A DNA stretch of 64,000 bases from Histomonas meleagridis 2922-C6/04-290x (Eukaryota; Protista; Parabasalia): the NCBI GenBank assembly GCA_020184695.1, contig JAANOX010000098.1:62001-126000 (forward strand). Direction: 5' to 3'. Made by a program: the position numbers and the translations under genes. A model generated the notes under the pieces. It had not been told where the DNA came from and did not search any database. It was given only the letters and a program-made list of their open reading frames with translations. Below, in pieces: positions 43,983-54,768 of this stretch. Numbering within the stretch: the first letter of the stretch is position 1; each line of letters begins with the position of its first letter.

Positions 43983-46900
43983 TTATTGTTTAAATAATTT
44001 ACATATTTCTAAGTGACTTTTTTCAGTTGCATAATCAAGTGCTGTTTCAAATAATTTAAATAATTTCCAAATATTATTTTGAAATAAGAAAATATTAAAA
44101 TAAATTTTAAATAAAACAAATAAATATCTTTAGCATTAATATCAATTCCTTCTTGTTCAAGAAGTAATTTAGCTACTTCTGTTTGACCTTTCCAAGATGC
44201 TATAATAAGTACTGTATTAAATGATTTAAATAATTTCCGAATATTATTTTAAAATATAAAATTATTAAAACAAATCCAAAATAAAACAAATAAATATCTT
44301 TGGCATTAATATCAATTCCTTCTTGTTCAAGAAGTAATTTAACTATTTCTGTACGACCATTTTCAGATGCTCTAATAAGTGCTGTTTTAAATAATTTATA
44401 TAATTTCCAAATATTATTTTTAAATTCTAAAATATTAAAATATACATAATTTAAAGCAAATAAATACCTTTAGCATTAATATCAATTCCTTCTTGTTCAA
44501 GAAGTAATTTAACTATTTCTATATGACCATTTGAAGATGCATATATAAGTGCTGTATCAAATAATTTAAATCATTTCCAAATGTTATTTTGATTTATCGT
44601 GTTTATTATTGATATCGATATTATGTTCAAGAAGTAATCTAACTACTTCAATATAGCTAAATTCAGATGCAAAAAGAAGTGCCTTATCATTAATTTTAAA
44701 TAATTTTCATTTAATGTTTTGAAATATAAAATTAATGAAAAGAATAAATTTATCATTGTAATCTTTTCTATTTTTTTCAAGAAGCAATTTAACTACTTCA
44801 ATCTTACCTTTTTGGGCTGCATAAGTAAGTGCTGTAAAATATTTTATTAAACATATTTTGAAAATATTTTTTACGAATATTAAATTATCAAGATTAATAG
44901 TGCTCGCATAGACGTCAACTTCCTTTTGTTCAAGTAGTAATTTGACTATTTCTGTATTACCTTCTTCTGCTGAAAACATAAGTGCTATTCTAAATAATAT
45001 AAATAATTACCGAATATTATAATGAAATCCCAAATTATTAAAATAAATATTAAATAAAACAAATAAATGTCTTGAGCATTAATATCAATTCCTTCTTGTT
45101 CAAGAAGTAATTTAACTATTTCTATATGACCATTCCAAGATGCATATATAAGTGCTGTTCTAAATAATTTAAATAATTTCTGAATATTATTTTGAAATAT
45201 ATAATAACAAAAATAAATATCAAATAAAACAAATAAATACCTTTAACATTAATATCAATTTCTTCTTGTTCAAGAAGTATTTTAACTATTTCTGTATGAC
45301 CATTTTGAGATGCATACATAAGTGCTGTATTAAATAATTTTTTTAATTTCTAAATATTATTTTGAAATACTATAAAATTATTAAAATAAATATCTTTAGA
45401 ATACACATCAATTCCTTCTTGTTCAAGAAATAATTCAACGATTTCTATATAACCTTTTCTAGATGCATAAATAAGTGCTGTTTTAAATAATTTTTTTAAT
45501 TTCCAAATATTATTTTGAAATTTCAAATAAATGAAATAAATAAATAATATTACAAATAAAAATCATGTTCATTAACATTTGTAACTCCTTTTTTAAGAAG
45601 AATTTTGACTATATCGAGATATCCTTTCAAAGATGCCATAATAAGTGCAGATTGAAATGTTTTTAACAATTTCCAAATTCTATTTTGAAGTTCCAACATA
45701 TTAAAATCAACTTTATTCTTAATAAATAAATACCTTTAACATTGATATCTACATCTTTTTGTGCAAGAAGGAATATTACGGTTTCTTTGTGATCATTTTC
45801 CAATGCAAATATAAGATTTGTGTTAAGTGTTATGAATATTTTCCATAAGCTTTTTAAAAATATTAAATTATTGTGTTAAATATTGATATTAAGTAATAAA
45901 CGCTTTTACTATTATTATCAATTCCTTTTTGTTCAATAAGTAATTTGACAATTTCTATATAACCATATTCAGATGCATACATAATTGCTGTTTTAAATTA
46001 TTCGAACAATTTCCAAATATTATTTTAAAACATCTAATTATCAAAATAAAAATAAAACAAAATAATTGAATATTTATAGTATTAATATTAAATCCTCCAT
46101 GTTCAACAAGTAATTTGATGACTTCAATATGATTGTTTTTAGAAGCTGTTATTAATGCTATATCAAATTTTAGAAATAATTTCCAAATATTATTTAAAAA
46201 TCCAAAATCATTAAAAAAAATTTTAAATAAAACAAATTAATGTTTTTTTAATATTGAGATCAATTTTCTCTTGTTTTTAAGAAAGTAATTTCACGATTTC
46301 ATTATTTCCATTTTTCAGAAGCTCTAATAAGTGCTGTATTAAATATTTATATTATATTCCAAATATAATTTTTAAATCATCAAATTCATAAAACATATTT
46401 TAAAAAGTAATATATATCTTTTTTTCATTGATATTTATATCTTTTTGTTCAAGAATATATTTTACTAGTTCGACATTATCAGAACAAGAAGAAAACACCA
46501 AAATATCTTTTGGCATTTGATTATTTTCAATCAAATGTTTAGCAAGATAAAAAAATTCCCAGTTTTTTTGCTGTTTCATTTATAAATGAATTATCAATTT
46601 GATTATCTTTTTTCTATAAATGAAAAATTTCATAATTCCCACTTTTAACACAAATGTCAATTATTTTTATTAAAATTTTTCTCCAAATTTATTTGAAAAA
46701 AATTCGTGTAATTCATTAATTGTGATTGATGTTCATCTTGAGAATCTTCATAAAAATATTTAAAAATATCATTTCGATGAAATTTAATTGCGACCTCAAA
46801 TAAATCGTCAAATGATGTGTGATTTTGTTCACATAAATGAATAATCTCTAAGTTTCCACCTACAATAACATATTTACCAATATCATTTACATTAGCGTCA

Positions 46901-47748
46901 TTCATAAGTAAAAATTTAAAACATTTTATAGCAGAAAAAAATGCTGCAAAACCAATTAATGAAACATTTTCTTGATTAATAAACGAGTATCTTTCATAAA
47001 GTGATGGTTCAATTGTTTGATTAAAATCAAAATCTTCTTGCGATGATATTTCTTGAAGTTTTTCAACATTATCGTTTCGAATTATTTTTGCAATTTCATT
47101 AGGATTAACTCCTTCTTTTACTAATTGTTTATGAAGTTCGAAATCATTATTTGAAAGTTTGGAATAACTATCATAAAATTTTCTAGAGAATGGATCATTT
47201 TGATTAATATTTTTATTTTCTAATTCTGTCTTATAATGAGCAAAATATTTAGATTGAATATTTGATGTAATATTTTCATTAATTAAATTTTCCATAATCA
47301 TTCTTTCTATAAGAAAATATGCTTCTTGTGTTTCAATTTTAGAGATATATTTCCCAAAGATATCAAATATTTTAATATTGTTTTTCTTTAATTCTTCTTC
47401 TTTCGATTGAATTGATTTTAAATATTTAAAATATAAATCATAATCATTACTTAGAGAAGAAAATGCTGTATACACCAATATACAAACAACAATATTAAAT
47501 GAATATACAAAATTAGGATCAAATATGTTCATTGCTTGATGAATTGATATATTGAAATTTTCTTCATTTAAGTTAAAAATTATTTTTTCAAGTTCATTTA
47601 AAATTTGCATAAAGATGGTTTCAGCTTTAGAACATTCCACTTTATTTTCCAAATGATTTTCTGTCTGTGATGCATTGAATTTTGTTTCGTTCTCGCACAT
47701 GTAGTATTTTAAAAGATTAGACTTTTTTTGTGAAATGGTGTACCCCAA
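43983..47748 (-). CDS. DUF3447-ankyrin repeat gene; 15 spacers plus homopolymer frameshifts near 46.2-46.7 kb
   Basis: ORF 46657..47748, 14 internal ankyrin modules, terminal TALDYATEKSHLEICKLFKQ*. Confidence 0.75.
44046..46417 (-). other. Ankyrin-interrupting spacer elements, array 3
   Basis: 80 nt: 44046-44125, 44216-44295, 44386-44465, 44989-45068, 45159-45238, 45482-45561, 45652-45731, 45822-45901, 45992-46071, 46162-46241, 46338-46417. 63 nt: 44836-44898, 45329-45391. 60 nt: 44686-44745. 43 nt: 44556-44598. Confidence 0.85.
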
Positions 47749-47820
47749 TCATCGATTCATTCAAAATCCTATCGTAATTATAAACCTAGGAAAACTTGTA
47801 TCAGCAAAAACAGAAAAAAT

Positions 47821-48411
47821 TTATTGAGTATTTTCCGGAAAGAGAACATAAATTGATTGCGCACATGTAATTACTTTTACATTGCATTCCTTTTCTGCTC
47901 TCTGAGAAACTTTGCACAATAATTGGTAACCAATTCTACGTTGGTCTGCACTTTTATTCACAAACATAGGGATGTACATCAATGTATCCAGCATTATTCT
48001 TGTTGTTGGACAAAATGCATCTTTTTGATAGAGAGAATATAAGACTTTTAATGATTCAAAAAGAATATTTTCATTTAAAAAACTACTTTTGAAAAAGAAA
48101 TAATGCAGAGAAAGATCGATTAAAGGGAGATTTGTTTGAGATGTAACTTCGATTTCTTCTGGAGATCCCGGTGAATTCCAAAATTTTCTCAATTTTTTCT
48201 CATTAGGATGATTTGAGCTGAAGTCCATTTTTGTAAAATGAGTTATTGGAGTAAAATTTAGTACAACATTTTTGAGAATTGAAGAAGTTCTTCTTTTTAT
48301 TTCTTCATTCCCTGCAACATTTAAATATACAAGGGATGGTATATTTTCTATTGAAGCTATTCTCGGGTTTTCTAAGAATTCGATTTGATTTTCTAATTCA
48401 AGCACACTCAT
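47821..48411 (-). CDS. Leucine-rich-repeat protein
   Basis: NQIEFLENPRIASIENIPSLVYLNVAGN. Confidence 0.5.
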   Translation of the reverse strand: MSVLELENQIEFLENPRIASIENIPSLVYLNVAGNEEIKRRTSSILKNVVLNFTPITHFTKMDFSSNHPNEKKLRKFWNSPGSPEEIEVTSQTNLPLIDLSLHYFFFKSSFLNENILFESLKVLYSLYQKDAFCPTTRIMLDTLMYIPMFVNKSADQRRIGYQLLCKVSQRAEKECNVKVITCAQSIYVLFPENTQ

Positions 48412-48476
48412 ATGACGAAAAGCGACAAATTAATAAACGGTTTTGTCACTTTTTCAAAAGAACTTTTGCCATTAAA

Positions 48477-50542
48477 ATGGAAGAATCAAAAAATGAACTT
48501 AAAATTGCAAATATTAGCAAATTAATTTCTCTTCAAGATATTATTTTTAATTTGACAGATGATAATGTGGAAACATCAGCTCAATCTACAATTGAATTAT
48601 TCATCCATGATTGTTTTCCCAATTCTATCAAACAAGAAATTTGTGGTATGATTTATTCATATTTTGATATCCAAATGAAAGACCCTAATATTTATTTTCG
48701 TTACATGCTTTCTATTGATGAAAAGATCAAAGGAAACAAAATATTTAAAATTTTTTCAGATTATATTTTATCATATCAACAAACCAAAAGTAATTTTCTA
48801 CTTGATTCAATGCTAAATCATAACTTAGTTGATTCGAGTTTAATAAAAAATCGATCTAAATTATATTTTGCTCATTATTATGATGATTATTATATTAAAT
48901 TTAATCTTTCTTTTTCATATGAATTTAGTGATAATTTCTTTGAACTTTCAAATGATAAATGGAAACTTCATAAAGAATATGTACGCCAAGGAATTAATCC
49001 ATCAAAATTATTACAAACGATTCGATATGATGAAATAGAAAAACTTCAAGAAATAACATCACAAACAAACTTTAATTTTAACCAAAATATTAAACCATCG
49101 CTTTATGAAATATGTAAATATATTAATCGCACAAATGTTTCATTAATTGATTATGCAGCATTCTTTGGTTCAGTTAAATGTTTTAAATACTTATTAATGA
49201 ATGGTTCTAATATTAAAAATACATTAAGATATGCAGTTGCTGGTGGAAATGAAGAAATTATTCATTTGTGCGAAAAAAATCATTCATCATTAGAAGGCGT
49301 GTATGAAGCAGCAATTCAATTTCATCAGAATGATATCTTTCATTATCTTTATGATAATGAAATTAAAAAAATTGAAAATTTAGAAAAGTTAGGATTGAAA
49401 TGTATTTTTCATCATAATTATGAAATTTTTTCATTTTTATTAGAACAAGGAATGAATATTAATGATTCTATTGTTAATGTTTCTGCATTATTCGGTAACT
49501 TATATCTTATAAATCAATTTAATAAATTTCCAAATGGGATTTTGTCTTTTGCAACTTATTCAGGGAATTTGGAACTTGTAAAATTTTTACTTTCAAAAAA
49601 AAGTTTTAATTGTGATTCTGATAAAATTTCACTTTAACATTTGATGTTTTTTTAATATATTTTTAATAAATATTTTAGGCAATAATTTGAAAAAAATTGT
49701 TGTTACTATCGAAAACGAAAATTTTAATGTGTATAATATTATATTTTTTTATTTGATGTATCTTATAATAATTTTCAATTTCAATGTTTTATTTGAAATT
49801 TTTTCATATTATTTGAAACAGCTTTTATAATAGCATCTATTAGAGGACTTATTGATATTGCTAAATATTTCATAGAACGAAAAAGAATCGATGTTAATAC
49901 TATCAATCGCATTTATTTGAGTGATTTAAAATTTCGGAATAATATTTGGAAATTATTTAAATTATTTCGAACAATACTTTTCATTGCAACTAAAAAAAAT
50001 CAAATTGAAATAGTTAAATTACTTCTTGAACAAGAAGGAATTGATGTTAATGCTAAAAATATTTATTTGTTTTATTTAAAATTTATTTTAATAATTCAAT
50101 GCTTCAATATAATATTTGGAAATTATTTAAAATATTTAATACAGCACTTATGAAAGCATCTTTTAATGGTCATACAGAAATCGTCAAATTACTTCTTAGA
50201 CATAAAGGAATTGATGTTAATGCTAAAGATAATCTTTATTTTGTTGATATTATATTGCAAAATGATATTTGGATTTTTATCTTTTTATTTAAATCAGCTC
50301 TAATGAAAGCAATTACCAGGTTTAATACTCCAATTGTTGAATTACTTCTTGTACAGGAAGGAATTGATATTTATTATGATAATATTTTTTTGATTTGCTT
50401 AAGATTTAATTTGAAAACAAGGTATTTCAACAAAAATTTTCATAATCCAGTTAAGGATGGGCTTCAATCAGTTGATATGAAAATTAGGATGTTATTTAAA
50501 GAAGGAATTCCTCCATTTTTTAAAGGTGTGTCAAACCCTTAG
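48477..50542 (+). CDS. DUF3447-ankyrin repeat gene, more degenerate array
   Basis: Start MEESKNEL (ATG 48477, AACGGTTT upstream); DUF3447 block; modules 49818-49907, 49971-50060, 50141-50230, 50294-50383; spacers ~49738-49817 (80, boundary uncertain), 49908-49970 (63), 50061-50140 (80), 50231-50293 (63). 3' end uncertain. Confidence 0.65.
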
Positions 50543-51237
50543 ATAAGAAAATCAATTTGACATTAATAAATTCATCTTAAAATATCATTTTTTTTTCATA
50601 AAACAATTAATAATTACGACTAATAAAAAAAAAAAAATTCATATCTAAACAAAAGAAATAAATATATAATTTAATCAAATACTATGGTATTATTTATAGA
50701 GAAAATATTTGGTAAATTTTAAATAGATTGAAATTTCGCAACGTTTTTTTAATATTCCTATTCTTTCAAGGAGAAATACAACTAAATATAACCTCCTTAA
50801 GATTGGTTTGGACTTTTCTTCATCAGGCGATATCCTGGATGTTCAAAGATTGTGTTCAAATAAACAAATATTCCAAGGAAATTGATAGCCAAGAGTACCG
50901 ATGGCTACTCTTGAAGGCCGAAAAGCTTATCAAGATCTTTTGTAAGGGCTTTGATCTCTATGTCTCTAGAGATAGATAGAGAAGTAAATTTGAAAGAGTT
51001 GAAAGACCTTTTCATTGGTATGCATGAGGACCTGCTTCAAAGCAGATACCACATTCCAATTTTCTTATCATAATTGTTCCTACAATCATACTCACATCGA
51101 TTGAATGAGAACATTATCGAATGATTTTTTTCATTTCTTTTTGTGAGTATTCGTTTGATTCCTTAATTTGATTCACACATTTTCAATAAAAAAATTATAT
51201 TTAAATAGATTTTACTCAATTACTAATAATATAAACT

Positions 51238-52473
51238 CTATAACTTTAGCTTTAATGGAGGTGCAAAAGTTCTAATTCTCCTTTGATTTTGTTTATCCTT
51301 TTTATTTGATGGCAAACAATAACAAACATCCGCAAGAAAATCAATTCTTTGTTTTTCCTTTATGATTTCGTTTGCCTTTTTATCTAATTCCGAAATTTCG
51401 ATTCCATTTGAAGTTGACGCGCTCCAATTATTTAATTCTTGTTTTCTTTTTTCGATTTCGTTCAAAAGAAGTGTTTTGAAATCGTCGAAATCGATGTGAT
51501 AAAACTCGAATGGAATATTATTACTTTTGTCGATAAGATACATTTTAACTTCGAAACCACTAACTTGAATAGGTGACAAAAGATGATCTTCGTACGCATT
51601 TTTAACCCATTCGTTAAATTTGTTGGTTACATCAGTTTGAACCTTTTGTTTTGAGCTGAAAAATTGCTTACGCGGAGTATGAAGCTTCCGTATCGGAGAA
51701 TAGTATTTGCTTCTTGTTGACGTTTGTGAGAGATTGTTATCTTCTGTTGAATCGATTGGAAATATTTGATATGACGATGAATGAGGAAAATCATACGTTT
51801 TACGTTTGATCAGATCTTTGGAACTTGGTTGAATAGTTTGAGATACAGATGTTGGCGTGGAAGCGTTTTTTGTTTCTACAGTGCTTGCTGGGGCATAACT
51901 TGATATGCTGTTTGTCCTGGGTATAAATGAATTAGGTTGTGACCAAAATGATGAATTGTTTTGAGAATTGGGAAAAAGAGGATTTGGAGATTTTGATGGA
52001 CTTGATGGAATCGTTTTAGGATCAGTTGTTTGTGTGGAGGCGTTTTCTGCGTTTTCTGGGTTTTCTGGGTTTGCCTTGCTTGCTATAGCAAAATTTGATA
52101 TGCTGTTTGTCCTGGAGATAAATGAATTAGATTGTGACCATGAATTGTTTTGAGAGGTGAAGGTAGAAAGAGAATTTGGAGATTTTGATGGACTTGATGG
52201 ACTTGATGGACTTGATGGAATCGTTTTAGGATCAGTTGTTTGTGTGGAAGTGTTTTCTGGGTTTGCCTTGCTTGCTATAGCAAAACTTGATGTGATGCTT
52301 GTCTTGTACATACCAGATATATCAGATTGTGGCCCCATTGTTAGATTATTTTGAGGGGTTAATGAAACTGGATTCTTATCATTTGAATTTGGGGAACTTG
52401 GTGGGCTTGAAAAGAAAAAATTGCTGCTTAAGCTTGGTTGTAAATTAAGGCTGGGATTTTTTATTTCATTCAT
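51238..52473 (-). CDS. Ser/Pro/Thr-rich protein with internal duplication
   Basis: Two copies of IASKANPEN...TQTTDPKTIPSSPS...SQNNS.WSQ.NSFI.RTNSIS; start at MNEIK. Confidence 0.6.
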   Translation of the reverse strand: MNEIKNPSLNLQPSLSSNFFFSSPPSSPNSNDKNPVSLTPQNNLTMGPQSDISGMYKTSITSSFAIASKANPENTSTQTTDPKTIPSSPSSPSSPSKSPNSLSTFTSQNNSWSQSNSFISRTNSISNFAIASKANPENPENAENASTQTTDPKTIPSSPSKSPNPLFPNSQNNSSFWSQPNSFIPRTNSISSYAPASTVETKNASTPTSVSQTIQPSSKDLIKRKTYDFPHSSSYQIFPIDSTEDNNLSQTSTRSKYYSPIRKLHTPRKQFFSSKQKVQTDVTNKFNEWVKNAYEDHLLSPIQVSGFEVKMYLIDKSNNIPFEFYHIDFDDFKTLLLNEIEKRKQELNNWSASTSNGIEISELDKKANEIIKEKQRIDFLADVCYCLPSNKKDKQNQRRIRTFAPPLKLKL

Positions 52474-52523
52474 GAAGAATTGTTCGACTCCTGGAAAAGT
52501 GGCAATTAACGTCTTCGATTTTA

Positions 52524-52811
52524 ATGGCAAAAAAACAGCCAAAACAACCAGCCTGGCTAAAACAAAACAAAAATGATGCTCCTGATGACTTCATTCAAGA
52601 AATGGAATTATTGTTTCACGAAGGAATGAAAAAATTTAGAACTGAAAATGAAATTGCAAAACATATAAAAGAAATATTCGAATCAAAACACCAAGGAAAA
52701 TGGCATTGTGTTATTGGTAAATCTTTTGGTTCCGCAGTAGGTTATACAGGAAGAGGTTACATGTCAAAACAAATAGGAATTTTCCATGTTGAACTTTGGA
52801 AGTGTGGTTAA
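52524..52811 (+). CDS. Dynein light chain LC8-family protein
   Basis: IAKHIKEIFESKHQGKWHCVIGKSFGSAVGY. Confidence 0.85.
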   Translation: MAKKQPKQPAWLKQNKNDAPDDFIQEMELLFHEGMKKFRTENEIAKHIKEIFESKHQGKWHCVIGKSFGSAVGYTGRGYMSKQIGIFHVELWKCG

Positions 52812-52841
52812 AGCAAAGCAAATTCTTTTATAAAGTGTTAT

Positions 52842-53384
52842 TTATTCAGAGTAATCGGATGATTTCTTTTTTTTCGATTTTTTCTTATCCTTATGATGAT
52901 GATGTTTATGGCGTTTTTCGCTTTTAATCTTTTTCTTTTCTTCTTTAACATCCATTACAATATTCTTCTTACTGTCATAATCATCACTTCCTTCATCGTA
53001 ATCATCATCATCTTTCTTTTTAGAAGATTTATGATGGTGATGATGATGATGATGATGGTGAGATTTTTTCTTCTTAGGTTTTTCTTCTTTTCTTCTATAA
53101 TCATTGTCTGAAGTTCTTCTTGGGGCAAATTTTCTTCTGGCACGATATAATTCAACACCAATTATTCTTCCATCCAATGTTGATTCATCTTTTTTAAGAG
53201 CTGCTTTTGCTTGTTCTGGTGATGCAAATCTAATATAAGCAAAACCCTTAATTCTGTCATCATCTCTACGAGGTAATGTAATTTCTAGAATCTCCCCAAA
53301 TTCATGAAACACCTTTTCAAGCATTTCTTCTGTCGTTTGATAACTTAGTCCACCAACATATATGATCTTCGTTTGACTTGACAT
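52842..53384 (-). CDS. RRM protein with Lys/His/Asp-rich tail
   Basis: RNP2 IYVGGL, RNP1 KGFAYIRF. Confidence 0.88.
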   Translation of the reverse strand: MSSQTKIIYVGGLSYQTTEEMLEKVFHEFGEILEITLPRRDDDRIKGFAYIRFASPEQAKAALKKDESTLDGRIIGVELYRARRKFAPRRTSDNDYRRKEEKPKKKKSHHHHHHHHHHKSSKKKDDDDYDEGSDDYDSKKNIVMDVKEEKKKIKSEKRHKHHHHKDKKKSKKKKSSDYSE

Positions 53385-53463
53385 TTAAGGAAAAGTGACA
53401 ACACTAACCGTCGCAAAAGAAAAGTTTCTTCAAAAGTGGCAATTGTAACGTACATATCAAAAA

Positions 53464-54499
53464 ATTGGAAGAAAAACATATAACAGAAGAAAATACAAGA
53501 ATAGATTTTATTATAGCTTCATTTGATCCTGTTGTAGGACCATCTATTTCAGTCTCCACTATTTCAGAAATTCCAAATGAATTTCTTCTAGGAATGTTTC
53601 CATCAGGTTGGAATCAACATAACTTTTTTGCTATATACACCAAAGGATTTTATGGTTTAATAGTTCCAGCTATGGCCATTTCTATTATTCATGAACGTGG
53701 ATATTTACAAACTTCAATTGGATTAGTTTCTAAATCACCTAATTTCCCAATTAATTTTCTTAATTTCTTAACAGAATCAGCCAATTTAATCGCCACGTTA
53801 ACAGAGATTACTCTTGAACCATTTCTTAACATCACACAAAAACATAATATTCGATTAGGTGAAATCAACAAAATAATTATCGAACATCCAATACAATATT
53901 TAACAGACGACAATTATGTTTCCACATTATTTCGAAAGAATTATAAACAATTATTAAGCTTATGGAGAGCACGAGTTTTAGGGAATCAAATTCTTATTAA
54001 ATGTACAAATAATGTTAATCAATGTACAAAAATTTCATATTTTATTAACTTAATGTCATTTTATATCCGTCCAATTACTGATTGTGCTTATAATATTGAC
54101 GTTACAGATGAGAGTATTATTGATTCGGGAAAGTGGAAAGTCGCCGCTATAGCAAATCCAATAATTCAAAACGTTGATTTTAATGTTGTGATTGGTGAAA
54201 ATGGGAAAATAAATTTCCAAAAATCTTTGGATTTCATAGAAAAAGGTGGTGGACTTGTGCTGAAAACAATTAAAAACGCAATTAAAGCAAATAATGATTT
54301 TGACCTTTTAAATTGTTTTATTTTATTGTCGAAAAATTTTAAGGAATTGGTCGAAAAGTTCAAAATTATAAATGAAATGGATTTGTTTCATATAGGTTTG
54401 GATGCAAAAAATTATCATTTCCTAAGAGAGTATATAAGAATAAGTGGGAAAACAACTGCATTAGATTTTAATAGAGGATGTTGTAATTATTGTATTTAA
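53464..54499 (+). CDS. DENN/longin-like (Avl9/LCHN-like) protein; start codon appears as ATTG
   Basis: FIIASFDPVVGPSI uDENN-like motif precedes the first in-frame ATG; aaaattggaa gives ATG GAA if one T is removed. Confidence 0.5.
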
Positions 54500-54768
54500 T
54501 AAATGTTTAAATATAACATTTTTTGGTGGAAATAATATTATACATCAAATGATTTACATGTTTTTTTTGAAATGTTTAATGAATTTGCTAAAATCTTTGA
54601 TTTGAAGAAATAAACATTATCTTGAAATTTTATAATGCTATTCATTAAATTGTTACAATACAATTTTCTAAGAAAATATCAAGTTTCTCATTGATCTTTT
54701 TGGGTTAGACCTTGATTTATATGAATTGCTTGATCAAAAATGGATATTTTAAACGTACAGTCACTCCG

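Noticed and set aside
26950-50153. Short ORFs inside ankyrin arrays (e.g. 27000, 27349, 40651, 40955, 41492, 44707, 45122, 49917) as separate genes
   Set aside because: They are single modules read into neighbouring spacers.
50728-51130. 83-aa ORF or transposon remnant
   Set aside because: TTG start, no recognisable motif, no terminal repeats.
52842-53120. Poly-His tract as a metal-binding novelty
   Set aside because: Simple CAT/CAC expansion in a low-complexity RRM tail; common and unsupported beyond composition.
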